From: the human T2T-CHM13v2.0 reference genome, Homo sapiens
NCBI RefSeq assembly: GCF_009914755.1
Contig: NC_060929.1
DNA: 64,000 nucleotides
Reading direction: 5' to 3' (one strand)
In this document: positions 42,613 to 57,605 of the stretch, one piece after another
How the letters are laid out: every line of letters begins with the position of its first letter
Position numbering within the stretch: position 1 is the stretch's first letter
Notes under the pieces: model-generated
The model's database searches: none
What the model was told of the DNA's origin: nothing
Seen by the model: the letters and a program-made list of their open reading frames with translations, nothing else
Made by a program: the position numbers and the translations under genes

Positions 42613-42849
42613 AACATGTAATATAAAAGACATAAGACAGAAGTTAACATACCAATTCTCCAAAAAACATGTTTCAATTTCTAACAGCCCTCATGGGCAA
42701 AAGTTTTTTATTAAATACACGATGCTTATGTAAAAAAAAAGACAAATTTTCTCTTACATTTTGTGTCATTGAAAAAAAGGAGAGTCTAAATTACTGGATT
42801 TTTATCTACTATTCTCTGTAAGAACTTAATGATAATGAATACCCGCATG

Positions 42850-43550
42850 ATGCCTGATCCCCCGGATCTCACAGTCAGGAAAGAGATGCAGTCAACGAAC
42901 AGGCGTTAACAAGGCAGTCTGATAAGCACTTATGGACGCATATAGGGTGGCACTGATCCTGTCTCAGGAGGTCTGGAAATTGAGTCTAAGTTTAGACATA
43001 AAGAAAAAGTAAGCTCCAGATGGGTGCACAAGTGAGGATAAGGTAATTAACGACAAAGGGAACAGCTTATAAAAAGGTCTAAGCGCATGGCTGAAGCCCA
43101 AAGTGAATGACAGTAAGAAGTATCTGAAGATAAGACTAGAGAGCTTGCCAGGGGCTGGATTACTGGGGCATCTGTAAGCCACATAAGGAATATGAACTTT
43201 ATTATTCGGGGTGCTACAAGAAGATTTCTTGAAAACAAGTTATGTGACCAGATTTGCAATTTACAAAGAGTTTTCTGGCTACAATATGTAGAATACATTG
43301 CTGTGACAAGCAGATAGACCCAGAAGTGGGGGTGCTAATTTGGAGGCTGCTGCAACAATGTGGGAGAGACATGATAGGGTCATTTAGGGATATCTATTAG
43401 TAGAGTGGCAGTATGAATGGGATCTTAGGGAGTAGGTCCAAGATTAAGGGATGACTTCAAGATAAAATCAACAGAACGTAATGATGGAGTCAAAATTTGA
43501 TGGAAAAAGAATAAGAAGCCAAGAATGACCCACAAGGGATTTCAAAAAGA
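42850..43550 (-). mobile_element. L2 fragment; further pieces likely at ~47820-48090 and 49660-50230
   Basis: GACCAGATTTGCAATTTACAAAGAGTTTTCTGGCT and similar antisense-L2 motifs. Confidence 0.7.
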
Positions 43551-44057
43551 TGGCAGCCTGTCATCCCCTCCTCCCCCACCATCATGACCACCAATTCCCT
43601 GAGACACTAACATAAATGAAATAAATAAGATGGAATGTGAATATATCTCAAGTGCAGCTGAGGTCAAAAGTTTTAGAAAACTGGCATGGGGGGTTGGCAT
43701 GCACAGTGGGAGAGACTCTGTGAGGTTGCTTAGGCTCATGGGCACAGGCACCTAACTTATCCATTATTTCTGCAACCACATCATGCTGGATGTTGCTAGA
43801 TCCCTCAGTGCCACAGCCTAGCATAAAAAATGGCCCAGTGAGTGACAGAATTGTAGGTGCCTTTAAGTAGGTGATGACATATGTTTATCACAGCACAATT
43901 CACAATTGCAAAACATGAAATCAACCTAAGTGCCCATAAATCAAAGAGTGGATAAAGAAAATGTGGTATATATGCCATGGAATACTCTTCAGCCACAAAA
44001 AAAAAGAATAAAATAATGTGTTTTGCAGCAACCTGAATGGAACTGGAGGCATTATTT

Positions 44058-47000
44058 TGTTTGTTTGTTTGTTTGTTTTTTCTTTTAAGTTCTGGGATAC
44101 ATGTGCAGAATGTGCAGGTTTGTTACACAGGTATACATGTGCCATGGTGGTTTGTTGCACCTATCAACCCATCATCTAGGTTCTAAGCCCCACATGCATT
44201 AGGTATTTGTTCTAATGCTCTCCCTCCCCTTGCCCCCCACTCCCCAACAGGCTCCAGTGTATGTTGTTCCCCTCCCTGTGTCCATGTGTTCACATTGTTC
44301 AACTCCCACTTATGAGTGAGAACATGTGGTATTTGGTCTTCTATTCCTGTGTAGTTTGCTGAGGATGATGGCTTCCAGCTTCACCCATGTCCTTGCAAAG
44401 GACATAATCTCATTCTTTTGTATGGCTGCATAGTATTCCATGGTGTACATATGCCACATTTTCTCTATCCAGTCTATCATTGACGGGAATTTGGGTTGGT
44501 TCCAAGTCTTTGCTATTGTAAATAGTGTTGCAATAAACATACGTATGCATGTGTCTTTATAGTAGAATGATTTATAATCCTTTGGGTATATACCCAGTAA
44601 TGGGATTGCTGGGTCAAATGGTATTTCCTTGGTTCTAGATCCTTGAGGAATCACCACAATGTCTTCCATAATGGTTGAACTAATTTACACTCCCACCAAC
44701 AATGTAAAAGCGTTCCTATTTCTCTACAGCCTTGCCAGCATCTATTGTTTCCTGACTTTTTAATAATTGCCATGCTAACTGGCATGAGACGGTATCTCAT
44801 TGTGGTTTTGACTTGCATTTTTCTAATGATCAGTGATGATGAGCTTTTATTCATATATTTGTTGGCTGTGTAAATGTCTTCATTTGATAAGTGTCCATTC
44901 ATATCCTTCGCCCACTTTTTGAGGGGGTTGTTTGTCTCTTATTGTAAATTTAAGTTCCTTGTAGATTCTAGATATTAGACCTTTGTCAGACAGGTAGATT
45001 GCAAAAATTTCTCCCATTCTGTAGGTTGCCTGTTCACTCTGATGATAGTTTCTTTTGCTGTGCAGAAGCTCTTTAGTTTAATTAGATCCCATTTGTCAAT
45101 TTTTGCTTTTGTTGCAATTGCTTTTCGTGTTTTATCATGAAGTCTTTGCCCATGTCTATGTCCTGAATGGTATTGCCTAGGTTTTCTTCTAGGGTTTTGA
45201 TGGTTTTGGGTTTTACACTTAAGTCTTTGATCCATCTTGAGTTAATTTTTATAAGGTATATGGAAGGGGTCCAGTTTCTGTTTTCTGCATATGGCTAGCC
45301 AGTTTTCCTAAGACCATTTATTAAATAGGGAATCCTTTCCCTATTTCTTGTTTTTGTCAGGTTTGTCAAAGATCAGATGGTTGTATGTTGTGGGAAGTCA
45401 GGGACCCCAAACGGAGGGACCAGCTGAAGCCATGGCAGAAGAACATGGATTGTGAAGATTTCATGGACATTTATTAGTTCCCCAAATTAATACTTTTATA
45501 ATTTCTTATGCCTGTCTTTACTGCAATCTCTAAACATAAACTGTGAAGAGTCCATGGACACTTATCACTTCCCCAATCAATACCCTTGTGATTTCTTATG
45601 CCTGTCTTTACTTTAATCTCTTAATACTGTCATCTCGTAAGTCGGGGAGGATGTATGTCACCTCAGGACCCTGTGATAATTGCGTTACCTGCCCAAATTG
45701 TAGAGCATGTGTGTTTGAACAATATGAAATCTGGGCACCTTGAAAAAAGAACTGGATAACAGCAATTGTTCAGGGAATAAGAGAGGTAACCTTAAACTCT
45801 AACCGCCGGTGAGCCAGGTGGAACAGAGCCATATTTCTCTTCTTTCAAAAGCAAATGGGAGAAATATCACTGAATTCTTTTTCTCAGCAAGGAACATCCC
45901 TGGGAAAGAGAATACGCGCCTGGGGGTGGGTCTATAGATGGCCCCCTTGGGTGTGGCTGTCTTCTATGGTTGAAACTATAGGGATGAAATAAACCCCAGT
46001 CTCCCATAGTGCTCCCAGGCTTATTAGGAAGAGGAAATTCCCACCTAATAAATTTTGGTCAGACCGGTTGCTCTCAAAACCCTGTCTCCTGATAAGATGT
46101 TATCAATGACAATGGTGCCCGAAACTTCATTAGCAATTTTAATTTCACCCCGGTCCTGTGGTCCTGTGATCTCGCCCTGCCTCCATTTGCCTTGTGATAT
46201 TCTATTACCTTGTGAAGTATATGATCTCTGTGACCCACACCTATTTGCACACTCCCTCCCCTTTTGAAAGTCCCTAATAAAAACTTGCTGGTTTTGTGGC
46301 TTGTGGGGCATCACGGAACCTACCAACATGTGATGTCTCCCCCAGATGCCCAGCTTTAAAATTTCTCTCTTTTGTATTCTGTCCCTTTATTTCTCAAACC
46401 GGCCAACACTTAGGGAAAATAGAAAAAAACCCATATGACTATCGGGGCAGGCTCCCTGATAGTTGTAGATGTGTGGTGTTATTTCTAAGGTTTCTTTTCT
46501 GTTCCATTGGACTATATATCTGTTTTGGTACAAGTACCATGCTGTTTTGGTTACTGTAGCCTTGTAGTATAGTTTGAAGTCAGGTAGTGTGATGTCTCCA
46601 GCTTTGTTCTTTTTGCTTAGGATTGTCTCAGCTATATGGACTCTTTTGGTTCCATATGAAATTTAAGGTAGTTTTTTCTAATTCTGTGAGGAAACTCAAT
46701 GGCAGCTTGATGGGAATAGCATTGAATTTATAAATTACTTTGGGCAATATGGCCATTTTCACAATATTGATTCTTCCTATCCATGAGCATGGAATGTTTT
46801 TCCATTTGTTTGTATCCTCTTTTATTTCGTTGAGCAGTGGTTTGTAGTTCTCCTTGAAAAGGTCCTTCACATCCCTTGTAAGTTGGATTCCTAGGTATTT
46901 TATTCTCTTTGTCGTAATTGTGAATGGGAGTTCACTCATGAATTGGCTCTCTGTTTGTCTGTCCTTGGTATATAAGAATGCTTGTGATTTTTGCACATCG

Positions 47001-47168
47001 ATTTTGTATCCTGAGACTTTGCTGAAGTTGCTTATCAGCTTAAGGAGTTTTGGGGCTGAGACAATAGGGTTTTCTAAATATAAAATCATGTCATCTGCAA
47101 ACGGAGGCAGTTTGACTTCCTCTCTTCCTATTTGAATACCCTTTTCTTTCTCTTGCCTGATTGCCCTG
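44058..47168 (-). mobile_element. 5'-truncated L1PA8-like element (~2 kb), split by MER11C
   Basis: 3' UTR CTAGGTTCTAAGCCCCACATGCATTAGG; ORF2 peptides on the minus strand; degenerate TSD GG(A/C)GGC(C)ATTATT. Confidence 0.92.
45386..46461 (+). mobile_element. MER11C-like solo LTR (HERV-K11/HML-8)
   Basis: TGTTGTGGGAAGTCAGGGACCCCAAACGGAGGGACC ... GGGGCAGGCTCCCTGATA; 6-bp TSD GTTGTA (45380-45385 and 46462-46467). Confidence 0.95.
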
Positions 47169-48094
47169 TGGCGGCCATTATTCTAAGTGAAGTAACTCAG
47201 GAAGCAAAAACCAAATACCATTTATAAGTGGGAGCTACACTATGGGCATGCAAAGACATACAGAATGCTATCTGAGACACTGGAGACTCAGAAGAGGGGA
47301 GGGTGAGAAGGGAAGGAAGGATGAAAAACTACCTATTGGGTACAATGTACACTAGCCAGGTAATGGGTACAATAAAATTCTAGACTTCACCACTATACAA
47401 TTCATCCTTGGAACTGAAAACAACTTGTACCCCTAAAGCTACTGAAATTTTTTAAAAGTAAGCAGTGAGGTAGAATGAAGCAGTCACCTCCCTCCTGTGC
47501 CAAAAACCAACCTAAATGCAGACATCTCAATGGATTACAGTGAGGTTTTTTGACAACTACAAGGAAAGGTCTTTCTCCTCCCGCCCTCACCCCCCAACTT
47601 TCACTTTAAGATATGTAAATTCCCTGAAAATTAGATACAATTTCAGAAAAAGAGGGAAAATACCTAAATCGACTAAGATATCATTTCTGTCAGCCACTAG
47701 ACTGGTTGTTTAAATGAGAAACTAATTTGTTATGGCACAATGAAGAGTTACTTTTACTACATACTAAATAAAGAAAGTAAGATTTGCATTTCTACACTTT
47801 TGGGTGATATTTCTCCAAAATGCTTGCCCACCCATTTGTAGAGTGGATTAGAGATTCTCTAGGCAGGTGTGAGTGAAGGACAACAGGAAAGAAAGTGGGA
47901 GAACCTATCAAGAGAGCATAGTTCAATGACAGTCCACAGAATCTAGACTTAATAATAAAGAAAATGAAAATGGAGAGAAGCTAACATGTATAGAAGAATC
48001 AGGCAGCCCAAGGAGCTCTTAGAATTCACCATAAGACTAAGGATCAGGAGCAATGGCACTGAATGACAGGTACTGAGAGTGGGTGGTAGGGTTA

Positions 48095-48365
48095 GAGAGC
48101 ATAATGTTTATACTGTGGGAATTAAAACCTTGAACTTTGCACAGATATCATAAATTTTAATCCAAGCTCTACCATTTTCTTGCTGTATGATCTTGAATAT
48201 TTAACCACTCAGTGCCTCACTTTCTCTCTCAGTAAAATGGGGATCAAAATCAACTCTACTTCACAGAGTTGATTTCAAAATTAAATAAAACAATAAATAT
48301 AAAAATTACAGCTCAGTGCCCTAGTGCAGAGTAAGTGCTTAATCTGTGTTAGGTATTATGGTTGT
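48095..48365 (+). mobile_element. MIR
   Basis: TTAACCACTCAGTGCCTCACTTTCTCTCTCAGTAAAATGGGG. Confidence 0.8.
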
Positions 48366-48472
48366 AAAACAATTACTGTTATGGGATTCAGGGTGACACA
48401 GGGTCCACAATGTGAATAAGGAAGTGTATGGCTGATGTGGAAAGACAGTTTAAGGCTTTAAAATTAAAGAAG

Positions 48473-49657
<1,185 letters not shown>

Positions 49658-49906
49658 AATGGGGCCCTGTAAACTCTGAAGTCATTTGGCACAATGGCAT
49701 AAATTGAGGCAGAGAGGAATTTTGTAAGTGGGATGCCCAAAGTGTTTTAGCCAACAGACAGTAGCCATATAATCAGCAATAATCATGTGGAAGAGTATGA
49801 ACATCAAAGAGGTAGATTTTTTTTTTCATGCAGGTGGAAAAATGAGGATTCAGAAATGACATTGGAAGCTAAAATGTGTGAACTTCACCAGGAAGATGAG
49901 ATTGGT

Positions 49907-50003
49907 TTATGATGGTTTGACTTGGGAATTTTCAACTTAATGATGGTGCAAAAGCAATACTCATTCAATAGAAACTGTATTTTGAGTACTCCCACAACCA
50001 TTC
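49907..50003 (-). mobile_element. Inverted partial copy of the neighbouring MER47A end
   Basis: Reverse complement of 50654-50747 with 7 substitutions and one 3-nt gap. Confidence 0.85.
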
Positions 50004-50390
50004 ACTTGAGAAAGATACAAGAGGAAAGGTCCTCAAGAACTAGGTTTAAGTTGAAGCAATAATGGGACAAAGCATTCCAGAAAGTAGAAGACACAGTGGT
50101 AAGCTTTGTTTACTATGGACAAGAGCCTCAGAGGGCCCCTGGAAAGGTTTTCAAGGGAAAAAATAAGCAGGAGAAATGGTAATTATTGAGGAAGACCTGA
50201 GCAGTGGCATTCATCAGAAGCATTCTGCAGGGACCAAACAGGATCCTACAGGTGACAAGATCTTTTTAAATGAATTGGTTAGACTTTTCTGTACTGTTGG
50301 GGCTGAAAAGACAAAAATGAATACATCAGATTCACACTTTTTAATATTTAATTAGAGGAAATTTGAAATGTTAATTAACAAATCAGCATG

Positions 50391-50762
50391 CAGATGATCC
50401 TTGACTTATAATTGGGTTACATCACCAAAAAAACCCATTGTAAGTTGAAAATACCAAAAAAGTTGAAAATGCATTTAACACATCTAACCTACTAAACATC
50501 ATATCTTAGCCTAGCCTTCCTTAAACATTCTCAGAACACTTGCATTAGCCTACGGTTGGTCAAAATCATCATCTGAAACAAAGGATATTTTATAATAAAA
50601 TTTTGAAGAACTCATGTAATTTGTTGAATACTGTGCTAAAAAATGAAAAAACAGAATGGTTGTGAGGGTACTTAAAATACAGTTTCTATTGAACGAGTAT
50701 TGCTTTCACACCATCAAGTTGAAAATTCTCAAGTCAAACCATCATAAGTCATAGACCATCTC
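50391..50762 (+). mobile_element. MER47A (Tigger-family MITE)
   Basis: CAGATGATCCTTGACTTA ... TAAGTCATAGACCATCT TIRs; CTTAGCCTAGCCTTCCTTAAAC core. Confidence 0.88.
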
Positions 50763-53700
50763 TATGCAATAATACTTGTTCAAAACTCCCACTCTACAAC
50801 ATCTCAATAAAACCCTAGAAACTTTCCTAATTAAATAATTCTATTGTTATACCTCAAAAGCACCAGAAATTACCTAGGTATATCCTATTAATGACAAGCA
50901 TTAAATACTTTGCTTGCTGAATCCCTAGAGCTGTAAGGCAATGATTGTTTTTAGAAAATCACTTTAGATGTCTCACTTCCTTCCATTTAAAAAATTTGGT
51001 GTTTAGACTGCCTTTGAGCATACCTCACATCTGTTGAGAGGTCTTTGTGTTGTCCAGGACATAGACTCATCTTGGTGTCCTAGACATCCTTTAAGGAAAC
51101 TGAAGAAATCTGTCTGTCTGAAAGAGAAGTTGCCAAAGCCAACTTCAACTGTGGCTTAGCCTCAAATTCAAATTCAAAGAGTTTTCCAAACAGTAGAGTT
51201 GATGTTGCCAAGGCCAAACACTGAGTGTAAAATAAAAGAAAAATCCATAATGAGGGATACAAATGAAGATAAAATCATTGTGTCAGGAAAAATAAATAAG
51301 ACAGTTATGGAGAGGAGTTGTGATAGGATCTGTTTCCTATTCAGATTCATTATTTTGCTGTCTCCAGTCAAACAACACAAAGGTGAGAGATCTTTAAGCC
51401 TTGTGTAGCAGAGACAAATTTTTTAAAAAGTAAGAAGCAGTGCAGACATCTGTCTGCCAGGACAAGCAACTTCAGACCAGGGGAAACTCTCTTCAGCTCA
51501 TTCAGACATTTGGAATAAATTACTGGCTGCCAGCTGGAAATAACTTCTTGGGAAGGATTTCCTGAGACACTAATATTATGCTCAGAAATTCAATGGCACT
51601 GAACAAAGAGAATACTGTTGTGGGGTTCTACCATGACTCTGGTGCACCTGGGCACTCTACTGGGATGCCAAGGCCCTTCCAGCCACCATTTGATGTTGCA
51701 GGGGTCTACCTCAGTGAGCATAATGAACTATTGCATTTGCACTTGGTTTAGAAGACACAAGGGGTTATCCATTAATAAACAACCTTACCATTGGCTGATC
51801 ATGATTCACACTAAATCCAGAAGAATTTATAAAACAGTTATCTAATTCAGATTCCAGCCCATCTTCCAACTTCTTAAAAATGTACATGGATATGGATGTT
51901 CTGGAGTGGGATCATTCTTGCTATTCATTCAAAACTCAGGCCCTCAACTGGTACAAGTTCCTCGCTCTAGACTATAAGCCTTGCACATGACCACCACCTT
52001 CTCTAATGTCTGGTGAAACAAACACTTCCCAAAAGGGGATTCTCTCTCTCACTCCCTTCCGGTCCTGGCAGAGAGTTGTACCAAATTCACAGCATTTTTC
52101 ATGTGAAAAAGTGTTTTACAAAACAATAACAAAAGATAGGTTTCGTATCTACATATATGTATATTTATATATGTATGTTTGTACACTTGCACACATATAC
52201 ATATATCTTTATATAATTCCACTAATTTGAAGGAAGACATGGTATGTAGTTAATATGGATTATTTGTGGGAAAAGGAGGGATGGGACAGCAAATTTCTGT
52301 GGGGGAAAAAGTAAGAGAGTCAAAACAAATAGTTTTTTTAGTGTATAAAAAAATTGTTAATCATTATCATGTGACTCATGCATGTAAATTATTCTATACC
52401 CATCAAATGGACCTTATCTTCAATGTCTTGGATGCAGACTTGCAAGATGCCCCTACACTTCCTTGAATTAATGCAGCAATATGCTTTTGTTTATCTAGGG
52501 CCTTCTTTGATCCGTGATGTCTACTGATTTTCATAAACGGCTTTAGTTATCTAATGCTACTTGGATGAGGATGTGGATGAAGCCAAAGGATCTTCAGGAA
52601 CTGGCTTTTTTCCTGCTAGAAAACTCTATGTTCCATGCATACCTCCCAGATATGTAGCAGGAATGACCCTCTCCTGGAAGCACCTTGGCATCTTTAGGAG
52701 TTGTTTCTCTCAGGGTTCCTTCATAGTCTTCCAAGTACCGTACAAATATTTATCTAATTACACCAGCACTTCCAAAACTGTTTGGATCCCACTGTTCCTC
52801 TTCATCAACCAATGAAACATAACCTCACTTTAGAAAAACCTTATGTAATGTATTCCAATGGGATGAACCTGAGGAAAGCTGCCTTACCTTCCTTAGCCAA
52901 ATGTAACTGATGATACCCACTCCCTAAAATTAAACACAACACTAAAAGCTACCACTTCTCGCTCCTTGGCAATGGGTATCCTGAGCTCAAGTCATGGTGT
53001 CCCCAATCTTATTCCTTTCATTCAGTTCAGAATAACCCATATTTATCAGGTACACAAAAAGATTTTGAAATACCAATATATGTTTTCTTGATTCATAGAT
53101 TAATGAAAATTCATCCTCTAAATAATGATCTTAAATTTTTATAGCATTACAATTCTATTCAGTGCTTCACATCTTTTGTACAATCTATGTCCCATTTATG
53201 GAGAGAGGAGGCCTTTCTCCTCTTGTTTAAATTAAGTTCTAGCCCCACCTTCATTCCCCACTTCTGGGTTGGGCAAATAAGAAGCTGTTTCCTTCTCCTC
53301 CTTCTATTTGTAGCTTCATGCTGGTACTTGGGTAATATATCAGGGGAGTAGATACACACTGCTCCTCAGTGTGCCTGTAGCAAAATTGGCTGACTACCTA
53401 GGAGAGGCTCACATTGTTCACAATGAACACACCTATTTCTAACTGGTCTGTAGAAATTTGAGCACACTATCTCAGATGTGTGCCTAATTAACTCACTCCC
53501 TCAGTTCCCTTTGGAAATTCCAATTCACAATATGCCCAAGATACAGAGTGATCTCTGACTTTAAAAATTATAGTATATTAGAATCCACTGTCCAATATTG
53601 CTTAGCACAACCCTACCTAGTGTAGCCTATGGCTCCACACGTCTCTTGGGAAATATCCTGATAATTCTGGATCATAATTCCAAGCAAAAGGTCCCAGATA

Positions 53701-54359
53701 GTTTTAGCAAGGCTTAATCTAACAGTACAGTGCCCTGAAGATACTGGCCTTAGAACCAAGCTCACTTTCCAAATGCCCCTAATTTTTCTGCAACCTTTTC
53801 AACATTAAACTATGATTCCCCAGGCACATGCAGTGCTCCATTAAATGTATATTTTTCTTATAATGGTTACAGAAATAAGCCCTTATTGCTGAAGAAAGCA
53901 CTCTGAACTCGCTTAGGGACGTTTCTCTCCTAACGCCTCAAAAAATTCAGTTCTCACTCTCCAGTTTTTTTCACAGGATACTCATATTTCAACTTGACTC
54001 CACACATCTTCTACATTGACCACTAGGCCTTGAGCTCTGTCAAGGGACCCCATCTCTTCTACTCAATTCTGGATTTTTGCCAATTTTTAGGAGCCTCAGC
54101 CTTTTCTGGTTCTACTCAATCTAATTGTAATAACAGGAAAACTGTGGAAGGCCCTGCTGCTGTCAGTTTGCTGACAGAGCTTGGCTATATTTGACTTTCA
54201 ACATTGGATTCATCCTTATTCACTTCTCCGTACAAGTTCCCTGGGCCATTTGTCTACTACCTTAAGTAGAACTTTTTTTTCTAATTTCAAAAAATTAGAA
54301 GTCTTTTATCTCACTTTGCTGGATAGTGAAAATATTGGCATGCATTTCCTAAAATTCAC

Positions 54360-55830
54360 ACAACTTTTTTTAACTTTTGCCAAACAGATGGTTGAAAAAG
54401 GGTACCCCACGGTTGTTATATTTTGTATTTTCATGATTATGAGTGAGAACAAGCACGATTTTTCCTGGCTGTTATGTTTATTTTTCAGTAAATGAATATA
54501 TATCCATAGCCTTTGCCCATATTTCTATTGAGTTGTCATATTTCTTACTTTGAATTAGTGTATTGATTGTTGGCAAGGATACAGAAAAACTAGAACAGGT
54601 ACACACTGATTGTGAAAATATAAATTGCCCCATGTGCTTTGGAAAGCAATTTAGCTATACCTTCTAAACTTAAACATGAGTGTCTACCATGAGCCAGCAG
54701 TTCTATTCTTGGAATCTATCTTGAAGAAAAATCTCCTCATGTTCTTAAGGAGATACATAATGGATATTCATTACAGTAGTCTTTGGATAGCAAAACTATG
54801 GAAATGAATAAATTTCCAATTAATCAAAAAACATAGTTAAATAAATTATTTGTTCCACATTTGAAGACAAAAAATTGATATCTAGAATATATAAAGATAA
54901 AATAATTCATTAGATTATCTTTGAAAAAATCATAATCCTATACATAAAACTAAATCCCTCTTTTATTACCACTCCAAATCCTAGGTCTCTCTGAAGAGGC
55001 AACCACTATGTACCACGTTTGTAGCCTTTTTTCCACTTTTCTACTGGTTTTCTTTCTTTCTCTTTTCTGGTTGTCTGTTTGAGCTGCTATAACAAAACAT
55101 CATAGACTAAGTGGCTTATAAACAACACAAATGTATTTCTCACAGTTCTGAAAGCTGGGAAGTCCAAGATCAAGACAGATTTGATGTCTGCCAAGGGCCT
55201 ACTTCCTGGACTGCCTTCTCATTGTAATTTCTCATGGTGAAAAAGGCAAGCTATCTGTCTGCAATTCCTTTAATAAGGCCACTAATCCCACTCACAAGGA
55301 CTCCTCTGCCCTCATTACCCAATCACGTTCCAAAGGCTCTACCTTCTATTACCTTCACCTTGTGGATTTTGAGAGGACACAAACATTCAGGCCATACCAC
55401 TTCTCAACTTATAGAAATTTTATATACTCTTAATATGAATCCAATTTTAGTTTATATACATTGCAAACATTTTCTCCTATTGTGTTGCTTATTATGAAGA
55501 AGCTTCTAATTTTGACATCAAATTTATATTTATCAATCTTAATCACTCTTGTGCCTTGATTAATATGGCTTATGCTATTCTAAGTCATAATCATAGTCAT
55601 ATGTTTTCTATCATTACTTTTATACTTCAGGATTTTGATATAAAAATCCTTATCACACATAGAATTTCTGTGAATAGCATCTACTAGACATATAACCTGA
55701 CTTCTTTCCTAATGAATAACCAATTTCCACAAAACTACTTGTTGAATACTTTGTATTTTCTCCACTGATTTGAAATGCCAACTTTGCCATACAAATATGC
55801 CTGGGACATTTCTGCTGTTTTATCCTATCA
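54360..55830. mobile_element. Patchwork of old L1ME fragments in both orientations
   Basis: CCTTTGCCCATATTTCTATTGAG; TTGGAAAGCAATTTAGCTATA; CCACTGATTTGAAATGCCA. Confidence 0.55.
55066..55399 (-). mobile_element. MLT1A0-type solo LTR
   Basis: GCTGCTATAACAAAACATCATAGACTAAGTGGCTTATAAACAAC...GGACACAAACATTCAGGCCATA. Confidence 0.85.
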
Positions 55831-56144
55831 CCCTAATCCATTACATTTCTAAAAAAAAAAAAAACAACATCTCAAAACAAGCAGGAAAACATTGGCTAAA
55901 ATTCAAAGCCCATTTGTTTCAAACACAATCTTAAATTAGTATTAGAATAATCTCTTATTCTGCATCATTCATAGTAGTTTCACTTCACTGAACTCAAACT
56001 GACACAATAGTTTTAATTAGGGTGTACTTCCTGGGATAATCCAGTTGTACAATGTATATTAGACTCTATCATGAGAAACATAAGGAGCCAATGACACTGG
56101 AGCACATAGTAAAAAGAGCAGCAGAATAAGGGAGACCGATTAAT

Positions 56145-56300
56145 AAGAAGCTGTTGTTTCTGTTCTACAGATGAGAAAGCTAAGGTACAGGGAAGTTATG
56201 TAACTTGCCCAAAGTCATATAGTAAGAAGGTGGCAGAGCATATATTTAGACATTAGCAGTTGGAGTCCAGAACTTATGTACTTAACCACTACTAACATGA
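56145..56300 (-). mobile_element. MIR
   Basis: ACAGATGAGAAAGCTAAGGTACAGGGAAGTTATGTAACTTGCCCAAAGTCA. Confidence 0.8.
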
Positions 56301-57310
56301 CTTCCAAATGGAATGAAATTAAACATTTGTGAGTCCAGATTCATATTTTAGATGTCCCTAAATATTATTCAAAACACGTCTGTTTACCTATATTTTCCTA
56401 CTTAGCTTTATAGGAACAACCAAGCAATTTCTGCATGACTACAATTTTAAATGTCATAGAACTTTATGTATTACCCAAATTATTATGAGACATAGATAAT
56501 AGAACAAATTAATAATGAAGAAAATTATTCCACTTCCAATATTAAGCAGATTATCCACTTACAATGATGTTACAATTACAAAGTAATATTTTTATGTAAT
56601 GATTAGCACATATCTAATACCTATGGAATAATAACCTTGTCTTATGACAACTGAGATACTGAAGCTACATGTTAGAAAATATGTATTTAGTTATTAGCAT
56701 GGTTCCTATCAAATTCTTGGTAACTGGGATATAGTAGCCGTGATCATTACAAATAAAGTCACTCTAAAAGATAAGCAAAGTAAGCATGGCATATGCTGTT
56801 CTTAAAGACAAAAACTGTAAAAGAAAACTAAAGTTGAAAAGCATTAGCCTTTCTTGAATCATACTTAGTTTTGGAATGTTCTCAAGGTTCTAAAACATCT
56901 ACAGCAAAGAAGAGCAGAAGCAAAACAATATATAATTAGATTCTGTGTGATTGGATAGTAAAAAGATATAAATGTCTTTCAACTGTAAATTCCTAAAGGG
57001 GAAAGAATGCAGCTGAAGAAAGTTTCAGAAAAATATAGTTCTGGTATCAGACTATGTCCTATAATCTTTGTTTTAACCTCCATTTATAACAGAGAGAATT
57101 ATGGAAACATTTTTAATATAATCAATATGATCAGGTTCAATGGACTCTGGAATAAGGAAAGGGTTTTCATAATACTAAGAAACTATTTTAGTACCCCAAA
57201 TAACTTCCTAGATTTGCACAAATCAAAATAAGCCTATAAGTCTCTAGTGTACTTAGGCAATCGTGATTCCATAATGAAGGGATCTGAAGCATCAGGTGGC
57301 CAATGCTTAA

Positions 57311-57605
<295 letters not shown>

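Larger units (their letters stand above)
43874..47455 (+). mobile_element. L1PB-type 3' end split into 43874-44057 and 47170-47455 by a nested insertion
   Basis: GGAACTGGAGGCATTATT rejoins CCATTATTCTAAGTGAAGTAACTCAGG; L1PB terminus CTTGTACCCCTAAAGCTACTGAAAT. Confidence 0.85.

Noticed and set aside
43690-43873. Unassigned segment that seemed repeat-like
   Set aside because: Could not assign a family or boundaries with confidence
45446-45620. ~95-bp internal tandem repeat in the LTR
   Set aside because: Normal feature of the MER11 consensus
52499-52560. Acceptor-like TTTTGTTTATCTAG as a coding exon start
   Set aside because: Stop codons in all three frames within 30 nt
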